Below, piece by piece: positions 39,613-51,600 of a DNA stretch of 64,000 nt; position 1 is the first letter of the stretch, and the number at the start of each line of letters is the position of its first letter. The notes under the pieces are model-generated. The model was not told the origin of the DNA and ran no database searches. It saw nothing but the letters and a program-made list of their open reading frames with translations. Both the position numbers and the translations under genes were made by a program. The DNA is from Octopus vulgaris (taxonomy: Eukaryota). The stretch is from NCBI GenBank assembly GCA_951406725.2, contig OX597814.1, positions 134,292,001 to 134,356,000 on the forward strand, given 5' to 3'.

Positions 39613-42600
39613 CGTGCGTGTGTGGCAGTGTATGTGTGTATGAACTGATCATAGGATCACAGTATAACTATATGGAAATAAACATATTGTGCAGGTATGT
39701 TTGTGTGACTAAAAAATTCATTGCAACCATGTGGTTCTGGGTTCCATAAAACTGCACAGCACTTTGGGCAAGTACCTTCTACAATAGCCTGAGAATGAAA
39801 TCTGGTACATGTAACTATGTTGAAGCCAACTACATGTATGCATGTGAAATGGAGTAAAATACTTTGTTATTTAAGTCTTTTTAGGGAGTTACATATTGCA
39901 TAAATAAATAAAAGGATCAAGAGAAAAAAAAAAGTAAAAAGGTAAACTTACGTGTTAGCAACTTCAGCAGGTAAATCAATGATGTATGAGGGAATTTTGT
40001 TACCAGTCAGAAACTGTGCAACTTCATTGCTAAAAGTGTTACAGTTATGGTCAAATAGGTTGTACCTCTCAGGTCTGTCAAAGAGAGCAATATGAAGAGT
40101 AGAATGTTGATATCAAATAACAAAGAATAGAGTGCTGGTATCTAACAAACAGGTAATAGGCTATTTGAAAGGTTTATGGCAAAGAAAAATTAAAATGTAG
40201 GAACTAACATTTTAATTGCTGAAAGACTGTATATTGTAAACAAATATCAAACAACAACAAAAGGAGCATAAAAACAAAGTTAACAATAATTGTTTCTAAT
40301 TTAAGTGCAAGGTCACAATTTTAAAGGGAGAGTGTTAGTCAATTACATCAACCCAAGTACTTGACCGGCACTTTATTATATTGACTTTGAAAAGATGAAA
40401 GCCAAAGATATCAGCAGATCTGATCTTAGAACATACAGAACTAAAAGAAATACCAAAAGGCATTTTTCTGATTCCCTAACAACTATGGCAATCCAATACC
40501 CCTATCCATATTTTTTTTTTTTACCACTGCCACAAAGCAAAGAAATAGGGAACATTACAGGGGCAGGTTACAAAAAGTGAAATCATGAAGAGTGACAGTA
40601 TAAATAATATTTAAGTATGTGATGCAGGACTAACATCCAGAGCTAATCAAGAACCCACCCTCCATAACCCCAAGATTATTCTGACTACTAGGAGTATGCA
40701 CCTATATCAGTATACTCAGACTAGGTTCATTCAGTCAGGCCATACTTGCCTGAGAGGAATTCTTTCCTCTCTGTGTACTAAAATAAATAGAATCTGATTC
40801 AAAAGAGCTACTCTTCAAAATAGATTGCCCTTCTTCACAGTTCGTGATGTCAACTCATTTTTTTATAAGAAAAGGTAAATGAGTCTTTAATCACAACTGA
40901 TTATTTTGTAGGCCTGCCAAACAGAGTTAATACGGAGCTAAGCTGAAGGTTTGAACAATTTTTTAAAATCAGATACGCCATAATATACATCTGGAAGGAC
41001 TTGTCCCAAACATTGGCATTGAGAGTTACACAAATACTAGAACTGGGCGCCATTGCATAGTGCCAAGGACTCCAAATTTGCCATCAAGATGTAGGACAAG
41101 AAGGTCCACAGCTCTTCAATATCTTCCCAAAGGACCTGAGAGACCTGCATGGGGTGGATGTAGGTGTCTTCAAAATAAAGCTGGACCTCTTCCTGTCAGG
41201 TGTCCCAGATGAACCAACTTTGCAACAGGAGGTGCAGATGAGGGCAGCTGCATCAAACTCTCTCATGCACCAAATGTCAACTGCTAAAAAGCATTTGTGA
41301 AGTAAAATCATGTAGCAACACCAAATGGCAGTGCCCAGCATGGCCACAGCTTGTGAGCTGAAACTAGATGAAATAATGAAATAATAAGATAATAATGATA
41401 ATAGTAATGTATCACAATTATAAGATAAAACAGACAAACTTACTTGAACTGATCATTCGATAGACCATATAAAAAGTCTGTAAACACATCACAACTAATG
41501 CTGGTTGTCCCAAGAGTTTTTATTGTGTCTGGTTGTCCTATGATGGTTTGGGCCTTAAAAAATGGAAATAATTGAAATTTTTAATGAACACAAAACTGGA
41601 GTAAGCAAGATACAACGATTTTTTATCTTAATATATATCCTTATGTAAAAACAGTTTCAACAAACATCTAAATTGTCACTCCTGCCCCTATTGACATTTT
41701 GATAACTTCCCAGATATATACCATTTCATATTCAATATTAGAATAATTCCATCTAAAACAGACTAATTCCATTCAAAATGAGAATAAAAAATACAGCATT
41801 TTGCTTTATTTGTGTATCACTAATAAACATATTTTTCCATTATATCATTCCATTCATTGTCAATTTATTCACTAAGTTTATTTGTATATCATTTATTTCC
41901 AAAATGCATATTACATACAATATAGTATGAGTATTTTGTTGGAAATAAATAAAGCATAAATTTAGTGAATAAATTGACAATGACTGGAATGATATAATGT
42001 AAAAATTTGTTCATTATTAGTCATACACAAATAATTAAAGCAAAATGCTGTATTTTTTATTCTCATTTTTAATATAATTATTCCATTTTAAATGGAATCA
42101 TTCTCATATAGACTGTGAAATGGTACAGTCATTGAATAAGGCAGGAATGCATGTGATGTCATTATTTGGGATGGGGGGAACCTATCTTCAATTTTGGAAA
42201 AATAACAGAAATGCATGATAGCCAAAACAATAGTATTTTGTAAAATGAGCAATATTTTGATGTGCACCAATGCAGTAACCAATTTGCAGTAGCTGTATTG
42301 TGATACCAATACAGTGATACTATGAATGTGTATACCAGTTGAGCTTAGAGAGAACATTGTCTTTGACTAGTGGTCTACTTGATCAGGGTTAAACAACACC
42401 AGAAACAGAAAGAAGAAGTTCTGACAACCAGTAGCCTTCTTCAATCATAACTGAATACCATCTTTAAAAAATTTAAGACAGTATGTGATATGAGAGAGAT
42501 TTGGCTATTTCTAGTGAGTTAAACCACAAATCAAGGACTCCTCAAACTTTCAGTTTCAAGATAGGAATGCATTCAGTTGTAACAATACAAAAAATGTTAT

Positions 42601-45600
42601 CTGATCAAACTGCTTTTTTTTTTTTTTTTTTTAACAAAATGCTGTAAGTCTTAAGATATAAAAATCAAAATGGATCACTTACCGGTTCACAATAAGAAAT
42701 TCCATTTGCTCCAAAATAGTATTCCATGCCAAAAACAACTATAGCAGTATGCCATATACCATCAATTTGTTTACCTTGAAATGAGAGAGGAGAAAAAAAA
42801 AATGTTAATGTTTTCAACTAACACTGATTATAAGTTTGAAATTTAGTGACCAACTCCTTGAAAAAGAAGCACGGATAACACACATACACAAGCTCATTTA
42901 CTCTTTCCTCATTTATAAATTTAAGGCCTTGATCCTATAAAACAGATCAATATTATTTGTTAAATAGGCAATGAATTGACAAACACAGAACATTACATTA
43001 AATGCCATACAGCATTTAAATTGACGTCTATGCTTTGAGTTTAGATACCACTTTTTTAACCAATGATAAAATAGGCATCAGATATATTCTAAGGTTAATT
43101 ATATTGTCTATATTTCCTCTTCCATATATATTTGTGACCTTTTATAGTGATAAGAAACCCACACTGTTTGTATTCAATGTTATTAATGTTAAGCCCAAGA
43201 CAGCCTCAATCAAGGTGTCCTACAATCAAAGAGGTGCTAGTTGCCACCACCCTTTTTAGACAGTTTATCACAGGTTGCATTATTCAATGTCCTCCTCTTT
43301 TTTTAATACCATAGAATGTGATTCAAGAGAGATTTGCCTGATCTTTCTAGCAATCCAAGTTTCCTTCTCTGACTCATAGTCAATTTTGTTATTTAACCCC
43401 AGGTCAGTAATGATGGAGTAGACCTGTGATCACAGACATTCCAGACACAATCATCTGTATCTTTGCATATACAGGACTACATTATCTAATGTGGTCCTTC
43501 TTTAAGATAAGAGGACACATTGAGGGAGATGAGGATGCTATTTCTAGCAGAACAATTGATAATATAGAGGCAGACCATGTTAAACCATCTTTTTTCTTAT
43601 ATGAGGTATAAACCTGAAATTTTACACGAAACAGAAACTGTTGTGTTGTAACATTCATGTTTATTTGAAAGAGCATTAACAATGTGAACTAGCTTGAACC
43701 AGAAATCAAAAAAGAATCAAAAATTATGTTAGCCAAGAGATCAATGTATGGTAGTTACCATCTTAAATGTTGGTTCGCAGAAAGTATTAAAGTAGCAAAG
43801 ATAGCAGATATTTAATCATATCTAGTTTGCTTTCTCACAGTCAAGAGTTCTAATTACATAACGGTTAAATTTGTACTTTCACCCAGGAAAGAATGTACCA
43901 ATAAAATATTGTTTTAAACATTTACCCCCTCCAAAGCCGTGAGAGACCCTTGACAGTCAGAACATTAGTGTATCATATATAACATTCCCACATGCCTTAA
44001 TACCTATTCCTGATAGCTAAGTGTACAGTAATGAACCATTTTAATCAGTAATACCTATTTACAGTTTAGTGAAGTGGGTCAAATGAGAGTTACATGTATT
44101 GGCTATGAAATTGTGGACTAGGTCATGAAGGTTATAGAGGGTCAAAACTCAACTAATTAGGAAGAGAGTTAACCTAGATGAGATGCAGTTTGGTTTTGTG
44201 CCAGGAAGAAGCACAACTGATGCTATCTTTCTGGTAAGGCAACTGCAAGAGCAGCATTTAGCCAAAAATAAACCTCTATACTTGGCTTTCACCACTAGTG
44301 ACAGAATTTTTTTTTAAATTGCTAACTTCTCAGGTATTTGTCTGAAACCCCATGAATTGACTGTGTCTATTACAATTCATTTAATTTGAGAAGATAATAA
44401 CATACAAAATAGAGGACAACTGCAGGTTCCTATGTGACAACTTAATCACAACTTAATGAGGGCCACTGACTGAATTTGTGGCTGTTCATCCCAGACCTTA
44501 GGTGACATGGTGGTAGAACAGTGTGGTAGACAGGGACATAAAAGCAAAGAAATGGGACTGGAAGAGTTATGGTAGCAGAGAACTATATCAGGTAGCTAGA
44601 AGGGAAGATAAAATACAGGTATATTTAGTTAAGGAAGAAACAGAAAGGAAGAAGCTTACCAATTTCTGCAGTGTAAGGACCAGAGTCTTGAGGTGTTTGG
44701 GATAGCTAGACAGTGTATCAGAGAAAATTATGATGTTGTAAGAGAGAATTGCATCCACATAGATAACAGCACACTTGCAGTTAGTGATTCTACAAGAGGC
44801 TTGAAAATGCCACTATGAATGGCTGCTTAATTTAGAGAATGCATGAGAAGAGAGTCTGTTTAATGTGGACCCAACAGAGGGATCAGCTAACCAAATTGAC
44901 AGTAGCTTGGTAAATAAAACAATTAAGGATATAAAGACAGGGAAAGCCCCCAGCTCTTCAGAAATCACTTCTGAGATACTTAAAATATCTGGTGGAGTGG
45001 GATGTGGCCTAGTCACCTGTATACTTAATCAGGTTGTCTACAAAGGAGTCATACCCAATGGCTGGTGTCATTATTATAATCAACTGCTATAAAGGTAAAG
45101 GTGATACCTTAGGCAGAAAAAGTGACAGAGGTATCAAATTGTTGGACAAGGTCATGAAAGTTATAGAGGGTCAAAACTCAACTAATTAGGAAGAGAGTTA
45201 ACCTAGATGAGATGCAGTTTGGTTTTGTGCCAGGAAGAAACACTACTGATGCTATCTTTCTGGTAAGGCAACTGCAGGAGTGGCATTTAGCCAAAAATAA
45301 ACCTCTATACTTGGCTTTCATCAATATGGCAAAAGCTTTTCATAGGATTCCCCACTCACTCATCTGGTGGTCAATGTGAAAGCTAGTCGTAAATGAGTGG
45401 TTGGTGAGAGCTGTACAAGCCATGTACAAGGATGCTATCAATAAGGTGAAGGTCAGCAATGAGTAATGAATTTAGGGTACAAGTAGGAGTCACCAAGGAT
45501 CAGTTCTCATCCCACTTCTTTTCTGCTTCTCCCCTAGCTAAATATGCCTGTCTTCTCGCTTCCCTTCAAGCTACCTGATATAGTTCTCTGCTACCGTCAT

Positions 45601-48600
45601 TCCTCCAGTCATTCAAGGCCCATTTCTTCACTCTAACAGCCCTGTCTACTTTACTGTTATGGCCTGAATAGTTAAAAAAGATATTGGTAGAAACTCCATA
45701 AAGTGTACCTAATACAAGGCTATGGACAAATAAGAGAAGCATCAATATCACAGGAAGGTTAACAGAGAAAGTAGTCTTTGTGAGTGGCAGATGTGTAGGT
45801 ACAATAAAAACTAAGAATGTACAGAAAACAGACTTCCTCAAATGTCCAAGGGTATCCTTAGAAGTAGTAGATAGCTTCCATTATCTAGGCAACCAAGTTA
45901 GCAGTAGAGGAGCAAGCTCTGAAAGCATAGTTTCTAGAATAAGGAGAGGCTGGGTAAATTTCAGAGAGCTACTACCTTGGTAACAAAGGGCCTTGTCCAC
46001 AAAGTGAAAGGCAGATTGTATGAGGCTTATGAACAAAAAGCTATGCTACATGACTGAAACATGGGCAGTGACTACAGAAGACATAGTTTGAAAGAAATGA
46101 AGCCAGCATGCTCTGCTGGATGAGTAATGTCAGTGTCCATGTACAAGAGTGTAAACAATTTAAGAGAAAAATTGGGTATAATAAGCATTAGATGTAATGT
46201 GCAAGAGCAAAGACTGTGCTGGTATGGTTATGTGATGTGTATGAATGAGGACAGCTGCATAAAGAAGTACTGATCTCTAATTGTGGAAGGAGAAGACTCA
46301 GGAAGAAGTGAGACAAAGTGGTAAGAAATGATCTTCAGAAGTTGAGCCTCACAGAAGAGATGACAAGTCTCAGTCACTTGTCATCTCCTCTGTGAGGCTC
46401 TGTGACTGAGACTTCTGCCAATTTGCTGTGCTTGAGAAGACACATCAAGCTAAGTTAAATCGTGGCCATCCATGCATACAGGCATGTCCTTTACAGCCAT
46501 ACACACTAAATCTGTCCTCTGTCAAAATTCACCCACTGCCTACTGCAAACACCTTCACTTTATATAAAGTGCCTATCTGCACACTCTCCATGCCCTCACA
46601 TAGCAACCATACCCCACTCCCAGCCACTCTAATTCTCACCATCACTTGCTGCCTCTCCTGCCACTCAATTCCTCCCAACATCACTTGCTATCTCTAAACA
46701 TCTCCCCTCACACTTTTATGAAACATCCCCTCTGTACTACTTATACTACCCACCACTGTTTTCTGTGAGTAGGTCTCTTTTCTCTCTCTCACCCACCTTC
46801 CTTGTCCTATTGAGATAACCAAATATCTCCTCCATAGTAAGAGAGCTAGCTCTGTCCCTCTATCATACTCCAATCTTTCATCTGGTACGCAGCCAGTTCT
46901 CTCAGTTCCACTCCCTCACTTGGCTAAGAGGTCTTTGTCTTGCAAGCTACTTGGCAACCCCATGGATGCTGGTGCCACATAAAAAGCATTGGTGTTAGTT
47001 CCACATAAAAAGCACTGGTGCTGGTGTCACACAAAATGCATTGGTGCTGATACCACATAAAACGCACTGGTGCTGGTGCCACATAAAAAGCATTGGTGCC
47101 ACAAAAAAACACCCAGTACACCCTGTAAAGTGGTTGGCATTAGGAAGGGCATCCAGGGGGTGGGGAGGAGGGGGAAGAAGGGGAGCGGGAGGAGGGGGAG
47201 CGGGAAGGGAGAGGAGGAAAAAGAGGAGGATGAAGGAGTGGGAGAAGGAGGAGGAGGGGGGGTGATATGTAATTTTTTTTTAACTAAGTTTTTTACTCTC
47301 TTACTTAGCCCATCTGTAATTGCATACAATAATGCATAAAATAAAATGTATTACATAATACTAGTAATTCTAAATACTAGTAATTCCAATGTGGGATGGG
47401 TGATGCTACCATTACCCATCCCACAGATAAACTCACAATCAGTTGATAAGTCAAGGAGTGTCTGTATTGATATAATGCTAAATAACCAAGTTGAAATTGA
47501 ATCAGTCCAGAATTTCAAAGTTAGTATAACACTAAGTCACTTCCTAGTAGCTCAAAATTTGAAAAGTTATGAGTCAGTCTTGTAATTTAATACTGGTATG
47601 AAAAGCTCAACAACAACCCAATACTGCTGAATCATTCATTTCCAAGTAGATCAATACTGGCATAGTGCTGAATCACTTCCTGTTGCCCAAATATTGGTGT
47701 TATACTAATAGCGTTTCCCAAACTTTTTGCGTCAAATTGCAATATCGTGCACTTATCAGCCAAAAATTGCTCTATTGCCCACCTGAGTAGAAAAAAACCT
47801 GATACAATCATCCCCTAACACTAAATCCCCTAAGAGAACCCTCTCCCCTTGTATCATTTGACACACTATATTGTAGACTCATTGCCTGGTTAGTGCCATT
47901 TGGATTAAATATGTGGTTGTTTACAAATCCCTTATTGTGGGTTTAGTTTTGCTGTAAGTGTGAATAAAATTCTAACGTTAAGTTTATATTATGCAGACAG
48001 ATTAACTTTGGTAAACTTTCACTTTCTTTTACACTGATTTTTATTTTCCCCAGATCAGAACTACTGATGCAAAAATAATTAATGATTATATTATAAAGGA
48101 AATGAATACAACTTTTTAATGAGAGCCATGTGTCTGGTCAATGCAGCTACTGCAGATACATTCAGTTTCAAACTTGTCAACTTTAGCTTCAGTCTCTTCG
48201 TTGTGTCACATCCAGTTCAATTCTTTTATGGGAAAGTAAATTCCAACATGACAAAAACCAGATTCAACCAGGTACGAGGTAGGGAAGGCAAGCAAAAGTA
48301 ATTTCAGATGTTTCCAGATTGGGGTAGGAATTCAATATACTTTGATGCTACCACAAACCTTTGCCATTACAATGATATCACATTGTGGCGTCGTCGTCAT
48401 TTTGTAATTCTATCAATTCCTCCAGAATGTCATCCTCACAATCGACTGTATTGATCTCAAATGGATTGCTATACCAATTTCGAATATTCAGTGCAATAAC
48501 ATCTTGAAATCACTCCATCATGTCATCAACCAATTTATCTTTCAAAGAGTCAACTTGTAAAAATTGAAACAATTGACATTTTGAAATGTTAGTCTTATAC

Positions 48601-51600
48601 AGCACCAATTTTGAAATGAAGGTAGTGGTAAATGATTTACAATCAATGAGTGTTTTTCTGTTTCCTTGCAATAACATGTTCAAATCATTTAATTTTGTGA
48701 ATATATCACAAAGAAAAAAGATATTGCACCTTGCAACCATCAATGAAGTGGATAGATGAATATCTTCATAGAAAGATATGATTATATGAAACAGTTCAAC
48801 AAAGCATAAAACACAGTTTTTCAACTTTTTCCAGAAAAATGTTTTTAATAAGTTATAGAGGTTTAAAGTTTGATCATTTTCACCCAGTCAAGAAACACAA
48901 TTTTGTCAACATCCTGAAAATAGCACTTGTGTATGAAACCGGAGAATTACGCACAACATACAACCCCCTCATAACTTTTTTATTTGTCCAAGTTTTCAGA
49001 AAATTCTTGCAAACTTGTATTCTACACGTGGGACTTCATACAATTATGCCAAAAAAACAAAATATTTGATGGAGCATGATTTAAGGCCAAGGCCTATTTG
49101 GCTGGTATTTTTAGCAAATATGACAACCATCTCAATGACTATGTAATAAAAATATTCAGTTGATAAGCAAGACCACTTTTATAATACAAAGGGATGTCTC
49201 ATGGGAGTAGTCAAATCGATAAAAATGCATCCTTATTCTAGGCATGCCTAGATATAAGTAAATGCAGAACAAATTTCTAGAAATTCTTTGCCACCCACAA
49301 AATGTTCACATCCCCCACCAAAATCTCAAATCACCCACCATTTTCTAAAAAGTCAACCATTGCCCACCTGTAAGTTGAAATTGCTCACTGGTGGGCGATA
49401 TCGCCCACTTTCAGAAGCTATGTACTAATATGAATAAAGGTAATATATAAAGAAAATTCATTGCTGGAATGAGAAGTTTAATAAATCTAAATTTATAGGT
49501 AAATATTCCCTCAGTAACATCACAATAAATAAAAATTGGATTAAGAGAAATATTACTCTAAGCACCAAGGAAGGATGAAATTATTATTAGTAAAACAATT
49601 GAAAGCATATCCCAATGTCTGTCTGTCTCATATACATACATACATACATAATTTCTGAACAAGTGACTTTGAAATTCAACCTTATATATGCCCAACTTTT
49701 CTTTGTCATATATGCACACCTATGTTGCACATTCAGTGGAGCATACTAGCTTCATTCCTCTCCAGTTTATGTATGCTATCTGCATTCAGGGCCCATGTCT
49801 CACTGCCATGGAGCATAGGCATTCATACACAAGCATCATATAATCTGTCTTTCACTCTAAGAGAGGGGCCTTTTGTTATCAACAGAAGTAATAGCTCTCT
49901 AAATATCCATCCTATTCTTATTCTAGCAACAATACTTTCAGAACATCCTCCACCACTACTAATCTGCTCGCCTAAATAACAGAAACTATCTACAACTTCA
50001 ACGGAGCCTCCTGGGCACTAGAGAGAGTCTAATTCCCATGTGGCCTTAGTGCTTATTGTTCCTGTGCATCAGCCACATACAAAGACGACTTTTCCAGTTA
50101 ACCTGTCTGTGATTCCACTGCACTTCTTATATATCCATAACTTGCAGTGGATGCAACAAAAGGAATTTCTTCCAACACCTTTCCCATATATTGAGCAGAA
50201 CTATTTACCTGATGGAAAGAGTCTTATTCACTTTCTTGCTAACAAGAAGTTTGGTCTTTACTAGATAAATTTTAAGGCCCTTTGATTCCAGGTTTCGCTT
50301 CCATACCTGGAATTTCTTCTCCAGTTCTGCTATAAGAGCAAGGTCATCAGAATACAGCACTTCCCAATTTTAAATACTTCTGTTATGGCCGGGAGGGTTA
50401 TGATGAATAAGAGGGGACTGAGAACTAAACCCTGGTGAACTCCTACTTGTACACAAAATTTGTCACTGTACTCATGGCCAATTCTCACCTTACTGACAAT
50501 ATCACTATACATGGCTTATACATCTCTAACAAGTCACTCATCTACTAACTTTCTTAGAGACCACCAGATAAAAGAGCAAGAGACTCTGTCAAAAGTTTTC
50601 TCCAGTTTGACAAAAGGCAAGTACAATAGTTTAATTTAGATCAGATACATCTGCAACTGTCTCATTAGGAACATGGCATCTGTAGTACACTTTCCAGGTA
50701 GAAAATCAAACTGTATCTCATCTAGGTTAATTTTATTCCTAATCAATTAAGCTATAACTCTCTCTGTAACTTTTAGGACCTGGTCCAACAGTTTGATACA
50801 TCTGTAGTTGTTTCTAATTAAGGCATCACCTTTACCCTTGTAGTAGCTAACTATATCCTACTCCAGATATTTAAAGTACCTCAGCAGTTATTCTTGTTGG
50901 TCCAAGAGCTTTCCCTGTCTTCATATCTTTACTTGCCTTATTTATCATACTGCTGTCAACTCTGATGACTGGTCCCTCAGTTCTATATTTGAAAGACTCT
51001 CCTTTTCCAATGCATTTTCCACACTTAGCAACCTTTCATAGCAGCACTTACATGCATTTTTCTTCTCTGAGTCATTAAATGCAAGTATTCTAATTATCTA
51101 TTTGCACATGTACCACAACCGGCTCTGCATCATCACCGCAACTTCTGAATACAGTATTTCAACTATCGTGTACAATTGAATACAAATTGGTGTTCATCAA
51201 CCTTGTGTCTATGAACTTACGTCTCACTTCGATGGCTATAGACTCTTTCACTGTCTTTTCTTCATCGCCATCCTTGTATGTTCTTAACATGCATACATCT
51301 ATGCCTACATACACACGCATACATCTTATTTTTATGACGGCATGTCTATTATTCTGTATATATGATGCACACACAATCACACATGTTAATATATCAATAA
51401 ATCTTCTCTTAAACATTCTACCCGGTTGAGTCTCTTATTTCCCTCTGACACATACATGAATTATTCTATTTATATTTATTGTATCGACTGTGTGATGTAC
51501 TAAGGAGCCATTCCCATCACCTCGCTTCGCACGGACGTCACAAATCGGCGATCCGTTCCAGCTCCTTGAAACCACAAAACAATTATAATGGGAGGAAATA

